Shown here in pieces: positions 51,103 to 64,000 of a stretch of DNA of 64,000 bases. A program made the translations under genes and the position numbers. Location: positions 12,214,001-12,278,000 of the forward strand of contig NC_087469.1 of NCBI RefSeq assembly GCF_036321535.1, in the 5' to 3' direction. Numbering within the stretch: position 1 is the stretch's first letter; the number at the start of each line of letters is the position of its first letter. The notes below the pieces were generated by a model, which ran no database searches, was not told the DNA's origin, and saw only the letters and a program-made list of their open reading frames with translations. Origin of the DNA: Camelus dromedarius (taxonomy: Eukaryota).

Positions 51103-52319
51103 AGCGATGGGAATCAGTGACTCTAGTCATAAGAAATACTCTACTGATGATGGTTACGATATAGTTCAACCAACCACTGGTAGAGTGGGAAGAGAATAGG
51201 TTTTGTTGCCCAACCAGAGTTTGAATCTCAGTGGTATTATGTACTAGAAAGCATCTCTGAACTTTAGATTTGTACTGGTCAAATAAAGATCTTACTGCTT
51301 ACCTCAAGGGCTGCATGCGATAATGTCTGTAAAGCACATGGCCCGAACTAGCCCACCCTTTCTCCTCCCAGTCCTCCGACAGCCACATATAAAACAGCAA
51401 TAAAAAACGTGAGCTTATTGTACAGATTCAGTGAGATAATGCATATAGGACATTCTATAAACTGTTCAGCATTATGTAACAGGTTATTGTTATCATAATA
51501 TGCTTTCAAAAATTGAACACGTTATTCCATAGAAGACATAAAGGATGGGTAACATGGTCCAACACCTCACTGTGGGGACAATTATGTATCTGAAACCCAC
51601 AGGGGGAATATCAACAGTCCTTTCTACTGGAGAACATGTGTCAAGTGAATGGTCACCACCAACCAGTCTTCCGGAGGGGCCTCTCTTAGCTGTAGATGTC
51701 ATTGTTTGAGGGTGGAAAATAAGGACTTTTAAATTCCCAGATGAAATTACAAGAAGAAATCCAGCAAAGTGTCAGAGACACCTTTGCTTACAGGTAAGAA
51801 TATCACTACTCAGGGCCCCTCATGTTTGTAATAAAAGGAGAAAAGATCTAATTATTCATTTAATAAATATTTGTATGTTGGTAAAATATTCATGAACAGC
51901 AGTGTAAGTAGAAGGGGCAATGAAAATTTTTTTGCCCTCAAAGAGCTTAGAGCCTAGAAAAGAAAATTTTTAAACCATAAAATGAAAATAATTACAAAGC
52001 ATTCAGTGAAAAAAAACACTGCAGGTCTTGGAGTAACATTTTGTGGTAACTGGTGTTTGACACCAGCCAGACCAGAACTACTTTTAAAGGACTCTTTTTA
52101 TTACTTTGTCACAACAATTATTAACTAATGAAATGAGACAATAGATAAGAGAGATTAGAATAACTGCTACAAAATATTATGATTTATGAGACGTCAGGTT
52201 TATTATCTATGCATGGTTTGGACAGAAAACATTGGGAGGCATACAGAAACCAAAAATAAATAAATAAATAAATAAAACTAATTCAATAGCTGTGGTTGAC
52301 TGAAGAGGGTATCTGCTGT

Positions 52320-52575
52320 TTTTTATGAAAAAATTAATAACAGCCACCACTGTGCCAAGCAAAGTGCTAAGTGTTTTATGCCTAATAACCCACTCCAGCC
52401 TCACAGCGTCCCTACGAGGTACCTCCTATTGTTATCACCATTGCTTTACAGAAGAAGAAACTAAAGCACAGAGAGATCAAGTGACCTGCCCAAGATCACA
52501 GAGCGAGCACACAGCAGAGTCACATTCCACACCCAGGCAATTTACTGCCTGCGCCCACATTCCTGACCACTACAC
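52320..52575 (-). mobile_element. MIR SINE, near full length
   Basis: 'cactgtgccaagc...gtgctaagtgttttatg...cctacgaggtacc...tttacagaagaagaaactaaagcacagagagatcaagtgacctgcccaagatcacacag...acccaggcaa...ctgaccactacact'. Confidence 0.9.
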
Positions 52576-53339
52576 TCAATTGCCTCTCATCTTCTTTTTT
52601 CCCTGTAGCTCCTCATCAATTCTGATTTTCAGTACAAAGTGGACCGAATGGCCAACAGGCTAAGTCTACAGTGAGTGAACTCTGAGAGAGAGAGACATAA
52701 TCTACAAAATCAAGTAAAACTTACAGCCAGAAACAAAACGTTAACAGTGTGAAGCAGCTACAAAGCCGGCCGTCTCTGCTGTAGTTTAGTTTTCAAGTCC
52801 ATTCATGCACACGTTCAATTAAGCAAATATGACTGAGCATGACTCTACCAGACAGAGCGGGCCCCTACCCATCAAAGCGTGCAGGCCAGTGTAAGAGTCT
52901 GCCTTACAACCAACAGTTACAATACAGGGAGGTGAGTGCTGTGTTAGGAAAAGCCAGAACTGAAAAATCAGGTATTTGCTTAGCATCTGGGATAGCTCTG
53001 AGAAGAGCAGGTTCACAAGATCATGTTTGTCTGGATCCAGAAGTTTCTCAGAGAGGAACAGATCTCAGCAGCATTTTCATCTGGTTCAACGCAAACCACA
53101 AACACGCCTTTTAATTTCTGTCTTTCTCTTCCCTCCCTGTGTGATATGTGCCACCTCACCGCGACTCCTGCCGACTGCCCTGGGGATGCGTGCCCCCTGC
53201 TGCTCAAACAGCCTGCTCCAGCCCAGATCCCACAAGGGAAGGAAGGAAGACACCTTGACCTTCCTGCCTGCCCCTCTCCCCTCATACTGAACAGACACTC
53301 AAAAACAAAATTTCAAGTAAGGCAAGTACACAGATTTTA

Positions 53340-54690
53340 ATAATGTTTATTACTTTTCCTGATTATAATAGTAACACAGTCACTACCAAAATTTTAGAAG
53401 AAAAAATACAACAAAAATCTAAAGATGACAATTAAAATTATCCATGATAATAGCAAAATAACCACTTTTGGTATTTTAATAGAGTTCTCTCTCATCATTT
53501 ACTTATGTGGGTGTTTATGTATTAATATATGATGGGTTTTTTTTTTTTTTTTACAGGATTTGGATCATAATAGAAATAATTTTGCTCCCTACCCTCTTAT
53601 TTTAACACCACATGAGAAGCACTTTTGATGTTTAAATATTCTTCAAAAAATAGTAAAACATTACATAGTTATGTTGTATAATGTTCTACATAGAATAATT
53701 CTATTCTATAGATATAGTATGTTATTTAACTGTCGATCCCAGTATTGGGCATTTAGGATGCATTCAGGATTTGCACGATGTGTAAGGTTGTAAAAGTTAT
53801 CTTTTTACCTATTTGACGGCTTTCCTTAGCACAGATTAGGAGTGGGATTATTGGATCAAAGTGTTACTTTTCTTTTTTTCACTTCTTTCTGAATTGCTTT
53901 TTAGAAAGTTTTTGTCAACTTACATACTTAGCTATTAGAGGAAATTTCCATTTCTCTGCAGCCTCACCAGCCTTGAGTTTTGTTTTATTTATGTTAATAT
54001 CTATCACTTATTTAGCAGTGCTGTTTAATTTGTATTTCTTTACATTCTAATGAGATTGGACTGATATTTTAAGAATCAATTGACCATTTATTCTTTTTTT
54101 TTGATTAATTACCCATTTGTCTTTTTTTACTTCTTTACTGTGTTGCTATTATTTTTCTTTTGATTTGTAAGATTCATACATATATAAATATCTTATATAC
54201 ACACGTAAATATACATATATTCCCTTTGTCAGTTACTAGAAATATGTTTTCTAAGTTGTTTATGATTTTTTTTAGTTCGCAGAACTTTTATATTCTCTAT
54301 ATAAAAGTTTATTGATATTTTCCTTTGTGGTATCATCAGATGGTTTTATATTCTGAAGTACTTTTCACTCAAAATTAAATATTCACCTATACTGCCTTCA
54401 AGTTGTTTTATGTGAGGCTTTTGCATGTAATCTACCTAAACTTTATTTTTGGTGCATTTTGTGAGATAAGGATATAACCTGATTTTTTCCCCTTCAATTG
54501 GCAATTTTCCTACTTTGCATTCCCATCTCCACTGATGTTTTAAGTATGATAAAGTGTACATATTCAAACTTGTTTCAAGACCACCTATGCCATTCAGATG
54601 TTTGTATTTAAATTCTTTCCAATAAATGACACTGTCAAAGCATTTTTCTACTTTATGATCTCTTGAACTGAAAGACTTCTACTATAATCA
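53340..54690 (-). mobile_element. Very old L1 (L1ME-like), antisense, degraded
   Basis: AT-rich block with antisense-L1 phrases: 'cacagattaggagtgggattattggatcaaag', 'ttccatttctctgcagcctcaccagc', 'tttaatttgtatttcttt...tgagattgga', 'tttgtgagataaggatataac'. Confidence 0.65.
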
Positions 54691-55698
54691 GAATGAGAGA
54701 CAATAAAACACCCTGATGTTAAGGATTGGGCCAAGCTGTATTGCTGATGTTGGGCCTGATAAGACAGCTGCTAAAGCTAGCTGGGTCTCAGGTCGGGCCT
54801 CAATGGCCAAAGGGCTGATACTGAATTCGGAGGAGTTGAGATTAGGGCAGAAGATTCCACCATATGGCAACAGGGGAAGGCAGGAGTCACAGAGGTTAAT
54901 CAAATAAAAATCTGCAGAAGAAAGTCAAGACCCAGGTACCGACAAGAGCACTTACAAATTAAAGTTTGAAGAGATCAGACACCGAGCTTGAGCTCATCCT
55001 TATAGAACAAGAGGAAGACAGGAGCCAAAGCATCTCGCACAGAAGGTAGGATATTCGGGTATAGAGGGGGCGGATCCAGGCTCATCTCCTGGATTAGCAC
55101 ATGGACAGCACATGGAAAGACACAGTGGGTTGAGGCCAAGGAGCACAAATTTATTTCAGCATCTAGTTTGCAGAAACTTAACCACAGTTTATATTTCCCC
55201 AAAGAAATCCATGGTGAATTTATTAAAAAGAATGGTCCTGGATTATTTACATTTCCTTATTTTTCACTGGTACCAAATTAGAGTTTTCTCTGAAGGGAAC
55301 AGAGAGGAAACACCTGCCTCGGTTCCCCTTCTCCCTCTGCAGTGCCAGCGTCATTTCAAGTGGAAAGAATGAAAACTGAAGCAGCTCATTTAGCAGAAGT
55401 GTGCTAGTACTGGAGATGTGAGTGTTTCCAATTAGGGAAAACAGGTCTATTAATGATACAGGATTGTCAAAAGAAAGAACACTTCCTGTTTTTAAGAGAC
55501 AGGGGAAAGAAGGCTGTGGCATCCTGGTATAAAAACCTGTCAGCTTTCTCCTGCAGTTCTGATAAGCCACTTGCCTGGCACACAATGAACTAGTCCCTCA
55601 TGGCCACCACATTGAACAGTCCACAAAGGGCATTTCTGGGACAGCGCAGGGAACAAGGTACAGCAGCTGGACATATGGCCTTTAGAGGAAGCCAATCA

Positions 55699-55851
55699 GG
55701 GGGAGGATATGGCTCAAGTGGTAGAGCGCGTGCATAGCGTGCCCAAGGTCGTGGGTTCAATCCCCAGTACCTCCTCTAAAAATAAGTAATAAAGCCTAAT
55801 TATTTTTCCCCTGCCCTGTCCCCAAAAATAAAATAAAGACAGGAGAATGCA
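55699..55851 (+). mobile_element. tRNA-derived SINE (camelid vic-1 type) with 16-bp target-site duplication
   Basis: 'ggggaggatatggctcaagtggtagagcgc' (A box), 'ggttcaatccc' (B box, 55754-55764), 'cagtacctcctctaaaaataa...cctaatta'. Duplication 'tagaggaagccaatca' at 55683-55698 and 55852-55867. Confidence 0.92.
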
Positions 55852-55869
55852 TAGAGGAAGCCAATCAAA

Positions 55870-56265
55870 GCTCGAGTCTAACTATGCCAATTACTGGCTG
55901 TGTGATCTTGAGTAAGCTCCCCAACCTCTCTGAGCCTCAGTCCTTTTACCTTTAACATGGGTTGTTATTACACGGATAAGAAAACACAATTTGAGCAATA
56001 TATATGAGTCTGATACATGAGCAACACTTGAATATTAGCTTGTGTAAGGAGGCGAAATAGGGAAGGCAAGGTGGAAAAATAAACCTGGGCTCAAACACCG
56101 GCTCTATTACTTGTTTGTTCTGATGCCTCCCTCGATGCCTCCTCTACCAAATGAGCATTGGATGACAGTGATACGTACCCCAAAGGGCTGTTGTGACAAT
56201 TAAATGAAATGATGCGCACTGGCACTTGGAACAGTGTCTCCATTCACATTAGCTGTTGCTACTGT
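55870..56265 (+). mobile_element. Two adjacent MIR fragments
   Basis: 'ttactggctgtgtgatcttgagtaagctccccaacctctctgagcctcagt...' and 'cctgggctcaaacaccggctctattact...gggctgttgtgacaattaaatgaaatgatg...gaacagtgtc'. Confidence 0.8.
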
Positions 56266-56734
56266 TACCATTTTACACTCAGAATGTGCCGCTGAAATCC
56301 GCAGGTCAAGTCAGTAAGAAACTGAAAACATATGAAGTACGAGGAAATTTCTTTTCCTCTGGAAATACACTATAAATAAATCTGATTTTTTGTTTTAGCT
56401 GATGTTCTCATCCCTAATGGAAAATCCACATGGCAACGTAACGGATTCCTGGGGCAATGCTAGGGGCATCTAGCGTGGGATCACAGAAAATGCAACACCT
56501 CTAAGACAGCGGGGATGACAGTTCCAAGGGTCTACTGAGTTCATTCAGAGGGCACAGGGATGTCTCTTCTCCAGACTGTGACAGCAGGCTTCTTTCTCAA
56601 CTGCTTTCCTGGAGGTCCTATGGGTGATTTCAGAGCCAGCAGCCAGGAAACCTCCCTGCCTATGATAATAAACCCAAGGTGTCCCAATTTCCAAGACTAT
56701 GCATCTCTACTCACTCATGCTTCTATTTTTAAAG

Positions 56735-56960
56735 TCACTCATCCAACCATCAAACATTTACTTCTGTACCTAGGCAAGGGGCAAAGAGTCTAGTAGTGAA
56801 CAAAGCATACCATGTTTCTGACTCAGGGATCTTACCTTCTAGCGGGAGAGTCAAATGCTGATCAGGTAACCACACGGGTAAACATATAATCACAAATTGT
56901 AGTTGAAATACCAGTTGAGAATAGAAAGATTACGTGGATCTACAGGGCAGGTACCCCTGA
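56735..56960 (-). mobile_element. L2 3' end fragment
   Basis: 'catccaaccatcaaacatttact...gtgaacaaagc...gatcttaccttctagcgggagagtca...atcaggtaa'. Confidence 0.65.
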
Positions 56961-59099
56961 GCAAGTGGCATCTAAGCTGATATGACCATGATAAAAAAGA
57001 TGCAACGCCAACTTCTAGTATCCAATTTTCATGGACATTGGTTTGAAGGAAGCAGTCCACAAGGTTGGAGAAATTACTGACATGCCCACCAGGAGTTATG
57101 GTGCTATAATGGGCACCATGCTCCGTTATGGGGAACCTTGATCTCCTAAGTTTACCAGCCCTTCATGAAGGGGATTCAAGGTGAAAAGAAACACCAGTGG
57201 AATTCTGCCCACCACAAGGAAGGAAAAGCAAGATGGATATTTATAGACTCTTCCATGGAACCAATTCCTCCTCCAGCATCTCATCTGCATCTCGTAGACG
57301 GGGGCACGTTTGGAGAGGCACCAGGACAAAGCTCGGTAAGTACGAGTAACAGAAGCCTTAGTGGCCAGAGAAGGACGGAGAGCGTGGGTTGTAAGGTAGA
57401 TGGAATGGTCCCTACAACTTGAATAGGAGCAGCCTCCAAGGAAGAAAATAAACAGGTTGTGGCTTCTGCAGTCTTCCATTCAAGGGCCATGTATGAGTTT
57501 TTAGGAGATGGGTGAATAGCTAGTTCTTTTCTGCTTCTCTACACCGTTCCCCAGTGCTCGGTTTACAAACCAGCAGCAGTGAGGCCACAGGACAGCAAGC
57601 CTCGGTGCACTGAGCGTCCATCACTCCCTGGACTCGGGCCCCAGAACAAAGGAACGGGTTTTCTCTCCTTAGGCAACAGGGCGCCCTCCCTTACAGACGC
57701 TGGGCACACTCCGTGTCTTCCCCTGCTGCTGAGCGCTTTGTTTCCCCCTCTTATGTCAAAATGACGCAGCCAGCCCAGCACCAAAGCCCCATCAACTTTT
57801 CATTTTAAATGCTGCTTCTCTCTTGAGCATCTCGGATGCGTTTTCCAGTAGGCAGGGGCTATGCTGCCAAGTTAGAAGAAGTCATTGTTTTCACACACAG
57901 TGTCACCTATAGGCAGCAAAAATACACATGAAGAAAGGGCACTGGATGTCCCAGCATAGGCCTTCCCAGCCCACTGGTTTGGAATTACTCTGACTTCTCT
58001 CATCCCTCTTAGAACCTTCTCCTGCCTGTTCCACACCCTCCACACCCCCAAACCTAAAATCCCAGTCGGAGTTTAATGAAATCAATTCACTGATGAAGGA
58101 AGAAAGTATTTAGAGAGACAGATTTCCCCCATACACAGCAGAAACTGCAGCATAAATCACAGGAAACAATCCGGAGGGGCGGGGAAGAGCCCTGTGAATC
58201 TCTTAGTCCATCACGCATTCAGCCTGGAGTAATGACTCTGACTTACATCAGCTACATCACTCTTCGGGAGGGACACTCTTAATGTCCCTTATGAAGGTGG
58301 CAGGATACTTCCCTGCTGCTCTTCCGGCTGGCCTTTAAACCAGGGACTAGGGCCTCTTCCCGATCTGTCTGTCGAGCAGTTCACCTACTCCTACCCTCCC
58401 CTACCCCCGGCATCACCATCCGCTCCACCTGGTACCGCTCACCTCTTCTCACTGTCACAGCCTTAACCTGCCCCACTGGCTCATTCAATGATCTTTCATC
58501 CCTCCTATGCCCTTCTGTCTCCTTGCCTGTGCCTGGGGGCAGACAATAGAGGTGAGATAGGCCCCTATTCATGAGTAGCTTCAACAGCAACGTGAGAAAT
58601 GCCTCATCTCCTGACCCCTCTTAGCATAAGAATTGCTGATAAAATTCTGAACTGAAAAGAGAAGTTCTTCTCAGAAAAAACCTCAGAGAGCTCCTGACTC
58701 TGGAGTAGCCTTCTGGAGAAAGGAACTCGGGGAGGAAAGAGTCTTTACATTTTTTTTTAATAAAACAACTAAATGTTACAAAACATGCCTTATGCCAAAG
58801 AGAATTGACTGTAATTAAGATGGCCGATTGTCCATCAGCCCTAACGGCATCTGGGAGTGGCAACGCAAATTCAAAAATAGCACTGCAGTGTCATGATAAC
58901 CAACAGTTTAATGGTCTCGTCTTCAGTCCTAATAAACTCTGGCTCCTTCACATAGAGCCCGGTGGACTCTTATTTTCCCCCTTCTCACTTTTACTTGATT
59001 CACAAGAGCAGTGACAGCCTCATCACTTCCTGATTGCTCCGGAGCTGCCATTCAGAGAACTATGCAGACCCAGCAAGACACCTGAATTGTGGTTCCTAG

Positions 59100-60238
59100 A
59101 GGAGCTTTATCCAACAATTACCATTCCTGCAGTGAAACTCCCTGGTCTCTGCAAACACAGGCAAAGCACAGCAGCTCCTCTCTACCCGGTCTCCCTGGGC
59201 CGTCTCTTCCACAGCTCCAACCCTCATCCACTTTCCCGATAACTGCTCACTCATGTTCCCCTGGTCATCCGGGTTTCCCTCCGGAACACCAGAAAGATAC
59301 TTACAAAGTCCACAAGACTCCTCCCAATGACCCCCGGGAAACTAAAGCTCAACATGGCTAAACAAGAACTATCATCCACACCCTCTTCCCCACCTCACGC
59401 ATGACTTTATATGGCTGTTGGCAATAATAGCCAACCATCCGCTCTGTCACCCGAGCCAGAAACCCGGGAGTCAACCCCGCTTCCTCCTTCTTAATTACTC
59501 TCCACTGCCAAAAACCAGTACCCCCAGGTATCTCCACAACAGCCCACCAACCAGGCCACTTTCCAGGGCCTCTGCCGTCGTCTTAATCTATAGCCAGCGT
59601 TTCTCTTGCCCAGGTGGGAGCCGCCATCTAAACCCTGCTTCCGGTACACTCCAATCCTTCCCCACGTGAACACCAGAATACGCTCTTTAAGTGAACATGT
59701 CATTTTTCTGCTGTTCAAAATCATGAAATGTTACTCTCTTGCTTTCAAGACAAATGCCCAGTCCCTTTGCAATATGACTCCTACCCTCTTCTTCAGACTC
59801 AATCTCTGCCAACACTTCAGACTCTCGCCGGGCTCCAGCCATACAGAGGTAGGTATGTTCCCTGAGGCGGTCACGTACTCCCGAAGTTCTTTCTTCTGCA
59901 CACACTGTTCCTGCTCTTTGTAATGTCCTTCCTTCCTCTGGCCTTCTGTCTGGCTAACACCTACCCATCAGTCAGGACTCTCAGCTAAAGCATGACTTTG
60001 CCAAATTCCCCTGGCACTCCGGTGCTTCCTTCTTTATGCACGCCAAAGCACTTGCTTTCATTATCCACTTAACATAACATTTGGCACACTGGCACACTGT
60101 TTCTTTTTTGACATATCTGTCTCACATACTAGATGTGAGCTTTCTGAACACACTCTTCTATTTTAGCATCCTCAATGCCTAGCACAGTGCCAGACCCAGA
60201 GGAGGTGACTGTAAGAGTGTATTGAGTGAATATACTGA
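59100..60238 (+). mobile_element. Long L2 3' segment
   Basis: 'ctaaagctcaacatggctaaacaagaact...ccagaaacccgggagtca...tcatttttctgctgttcaaaatc...ggctccagccatac...tagatgtgagctttctga...caatgcctagcacagtgcc...tattgagtgaat'. Confidence 0.85.
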
Positions 60239-62229
60239 GCACTTACAGACCCAAGGTTAAAGCCAATGGCCCACTCCCTCCCTGGAAGAAACTTTCCTCC
60301 TGGTTTCCCTCCAGGACCTTGGAAAACAGTGGAGTGTATTAGTAGGAGCACTTTGCTTTGAGTTAGAGCGCCAAGGTTCCAGACTAGTGCTGTCATGAGA
60401 TCTGGAGCAAGCTACCAAAAAATAGCCAACACACGTTCAACACTGATTATGCTGGTGGACTCCCTGCTAAAGCACATTAGGTTCACAGTCTTATTTTTCC
60501 CTCCCAGCTGGTTGATGAGATGGATACTAACACCAGGCATCTTTTGCGGATGAAGAATTTAAGTGATTCAGACCCATGTTTGATGCTTCCTTCTTTTATC
60601 CAGGTTATTGAGAGATAACATGAGATAAAATGAGACATGGTGTATAACTCAGCCTTTATAAACTGTTGGGAGTGACACAAACATAAGTCACCATAAGAAT
60701 GGAAAGTAATGAAGGTTGTCTAAGTGTACTTGATGCTTTGTGATGATTATGAAAAATAAGAAATAAAGATCTTACAAGACAAAAATCCACTTTACACACC
60801 TGAATTAAGAAGATTCGGCCAGCTTTCTCATAATGCAAAATTAATGAAAGTTTTGGTCTTGCACTGAGGATTTGCTTTAGTTAAGGACCGTGAATGGAAT
60901 GTCCCGTGTATGTGGAGCACAGTAAAGCTCCTTCTCTCAGGTCATGGACTGTCAGGAGCACGCAAAGTATTTACTCATATTTAAGTCAGAGGGCGGTCTA
61001 AAAGATGAAATTATCCGGAAGAGTATAAAAACTAAGCTAAACCTAATTTTGTATTCCTAAACAGCAAATATGAAAAGTCTATTGTGAGTAATTTTCTTAT
61101 TTTGTGGATGTATCATAGAACCTGTTTTTTAAAGATCTAATCAATCTTGGGTGCCTTTCACATCTTTCTGTGTCTATCCAATATTTTATTCACAAAATAC
61201 AATAAGTGGTAAAAGCATTAAAAATAAGAGAAGGAGATTCAACCAAAGCATACCCCAAATCAGAAATATGTCATAAAATCACAGGCTGAGGAATGCAATG
61301 AGTCCCAACCCCTTCGCAGTTTGGAAGACCAACACCCTAAGTTGCAGAAAGCCATACAGTCTGTCTGTAGGTGGGCCAGGACTCCTCGGTCAGCACCACA
61401 CTGTGTTTCCGCCCACCCCGTAGAGAGAGAAAACGAAGTTTAGAGAACAGGACCGATCAATCTGAGCGTTGTCTCAACAGAGCACCTGAGTATTTTAGAG
61501 CCACTGTTAAGCTCACAACGTGCCCCTGACATCTCTTCTCCTCAGAAGCATGTTTAGTTACCACGTCTGTCTTTACAAGGCATCCAACAGTCGTACCACA
61601 CTCAGCAGGGCCAACACATAAAAAGCAGAAGCAACGTTTATCCCGAAAACTGAGCTTAATAAGAGGCATTAAGATACACTAGAAAGAGCAAAGGCTTCTG
61701 AGCCAAACAGATGTGAGTGGCAATGCTCACGTGCTGGTGCTTTGGTAACTGAGCAAACCACTTTTCTCAGCTTTGGTGTTCTTGCTTCTAAAATGAACAG
61801 AACAATGCCTCATTACCGAGGGAGTAAAATCTTTGCCACGGTGTTCAGCAAGTGTTGGCTTCTCTTCTATTCATTCATGGCTGTTGATGTAACATATGAC
61901 TTAGCTAGTTTGCCAACTCACAATATAACTTTACTTCTCTACTTTTAACAAGTATTTGTCTGGTATAACTCCACATAAATGCAGACATAGCAAGGACATA
62001 AAACACGTTTCTCCTTTCCATTATCACAAGTATCAAGGCTACATTTGGACAACTTGAAGGCGCTCAGCACGTCCCTACTGAATGATAGATTTAGTGTGTG
62101 TTTACCGATGCTGTTTTCCTACAGAATTCTTTCCAGAAGTCTAGAGAGGATGATCAAATGTGATGAAGGATAAATAACATCAGATGAACACATTTTAGAT
62201 GCCAGATCCTACTGAACGTAGTAAATGAC

Positions 62230-62470
62230 AGTCTGGCTCTGAAAGCAGATCAACATGGGTTCAAATTTCACTCCAGTAAATGTTACCTGTCTGATCTTGG
62301 GCAAGTTACTTCTTCTTAGATATGGAATTTCCTTGTCTGTAGAATGGGCAGAATAATGGAACCTATTTTATAGACATATGGTGAGAATTAAATAAATCAA
62401 TACACATAAAGTAGTTAACACAAGGCCTGAAACCACAGTAAGTGCGTAATAAATGCAAACTGTTGTCAGC
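62230..62470 (+). mobile_element. MIR SINE
   Basis: 'gtctggctctgaaagcaga...gggttcaaatttcactcc...gatcttgggcaagttactt...gtctgtagaatgggcagaataat...gtgagaattaaat...acagtaagtgcgtaataaatg'. Confidence 0.9.
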
Positions 62471-63099
62471 ACCCACTTTAGACCCATTGCTAGTAAAGAA
62501 GAAAAATTTAAGAAAGAGAAGCGTAAGCTTGAGTCTACTGAAAGAGTTCTGGTTTTGTCATCTTTAGTTGTGCTACTTTGATAGCTGGTATGTAAGACTC
62601 TACATGCTTTGCGTGGGCAGTTTCTCAAGAAGGTGACTTATGTACATATTCTTCTATGTGTCCCAATTTACATCACATGCCTGGAAAATCCCTAAATTTC
62701 AGTTTCTTTTATTCATTAAGAAGCCTTTAAAATGTCTCCTAAGGACTTCGCACTCCACAAGGCATTCCTGGAATCACTAAAGGAAGAATGGTAGCTTGGT
62801 CCAACCTTGCCTTATCTAAAAAGGAAGTTCTAAGACTGCACCATTCATTTGAGGCCCCATCAATGCACTTTCCTTTTGTATCCATACACATTTGGACAAT
62901 GTTTTTTACTTTCTTATCTGAAACAACTGTAGATTTGTGAATATAGCACTCAAATTGGCATCAAGAGATTGGAAGCTCAACTATCGGTCTTCTGCTCACT
63001 TTGATTTTGGTGTAGAGCTTCGTTTTCCTCATATGAAAATGGATGGAGTATCACCCAGACAACAGAGTATCATTCAGCACTAAAAAGAAAGAAGATATT

Positions 63100-64000
63100 C
63101 AGTATCAAAAAACTAAACAACCCAGTCAAAAAACTGGCATAAGACCTAAATAGATATTTCTCCAAAGACATACAGATGGCCAACAAGCACTTGAAAAGAT
63201 GATCTACATCACTAATTATTAGAGAAATGCAAGTCAAAACTACAATCAGGTACCATCTCACACCAGTCAAAAGGGCCATCAAAAAGTCTACAAATAAATA
63301 CTGAAGAGGTTGTGGAGAAAAAGGAACTCNNNNNNNNNNNNNNNNNNNNNNNNNNNNNNNNNNNNNNNNNNNNNNNNNNNNNNNNNNNNNNNNNNNNNNN
63401 NNNNNNNNNNNNNNNNNNNNNNNNNNNNNNNNNNNNNNNNNNNNNNNNNNNNNNNNNNNNNNNNNNATTTGAAAAGANNNNNNNNNNNNNNNNNNNNNNN
63501 NNNNNNNNNNNNNNNNNNNNNNNNNNNNNNNNNNNNNNNNNNNNNNNNNNNNNNNNNNNNNNNNNNNNNNNNNNNNNNNNNNNNNNNNNNNNNNNNNNNN
63601 NNNNNNNNNNNNNNNNNNNNNNNNNNNNNNNNNTTGCAGCAACACGGATGGACCCAGAGTTTATCATACTAAGTAAGTCAGAGAAAGACAAAAATATTAC
63701 ATGATATCACTTATATGTGGAATCTAAAAAAAAATAATACAAATAAACTTATTTACTAAAGAGAAACAGACTCAGAGACATAGAAAACAAACTTTACCAA
63801 AGAGGAAGGGGGTTACCAAAGGTGAAAGTTGGGGGAAGGAATCAATTGGGAGTATGTAATTAACAGATACACACTACTACATAAAAAATAGATAAATGAC
63901 AAGGATTTACTATATAGCACAGGAAAATATTTTCAAAATCTTCTAATAACCTGTGATGGAAAAGAATCTGAAAAGGTGTATATATGTATATAAAACAATC
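63100..64000 (+). mobile_element. Cetartiodactyl-type L1 3' portion, partly N-masked, continuing beyond the window
   Basis: 'caacccagtcaaaaaactggc...gatatttctccaaagacatacagatggccaacaagcacttgaaaagatg...caccagtca...ttgcagcaacacggatggacc...atcacttatatgtggaatctaaaa...aacaaggatttactatatagcacagg...aaaagaatctgaaaa'. Confidence 0.95.

Noticed and set aside
55699-55775. Possible tRNA gene (A and B boxes)
   Set aside because: The SINE-specific tail, A-rich end and target-site duplication show it is a SINE; no proper acceptor stem. The same applies to 10866-10940.
63070-63704. 120-191 aa X-rich ORFs on both strands
   Set aside because: They lie in the terminal L1 and span N-runs; not host genes.
1-64000. 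Prokaryotic-type systems (CRISPR arrays, operons, defence islands) or an endogenous viral ORF
   Set aside because: The sequence is mammalian and repeat-rich, with no regularly spaced direct repeats and no long gag/pol/env-like frames.

Overview
This is mammalian non-coding genomic DNA, most likely from a camelid: it carries two tRNA-derived SINEs of the vic-1 type and cetartiodactyl-type L1 3' ends. I recognise no protein-coding exon, RNA gene, CRISPR array or known gene. The longer ORFs in the track are L1 remnants, microsatellite artefacts or have no recognisable domain. Much of the window is ancient MIR and L2 repeats, plus several L1 3' fragments, one MLT1-type LTR and one MER5A-like element. 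The most structured part is a roughly 10 kb repeat-poor block at about 40.3-50.7 kb. It holds a CpG-island-like segment with a (CCA)12 repeat and a candidate minus-strand promoter/first exon at 46.46-46.66 kb. Two near-perfect RFX X-boxes (14.6 and 25.1 kb) are exact reverse complements of each other. The seven N-runs behave like length-preserving masks over repeat cores rather than estimated assembly gaps. Repeat family names come from recalled consensus motifs and were not checked against a database. I found no convincing new biological system; the findings are mainly regulatory candidates and insertion markers.
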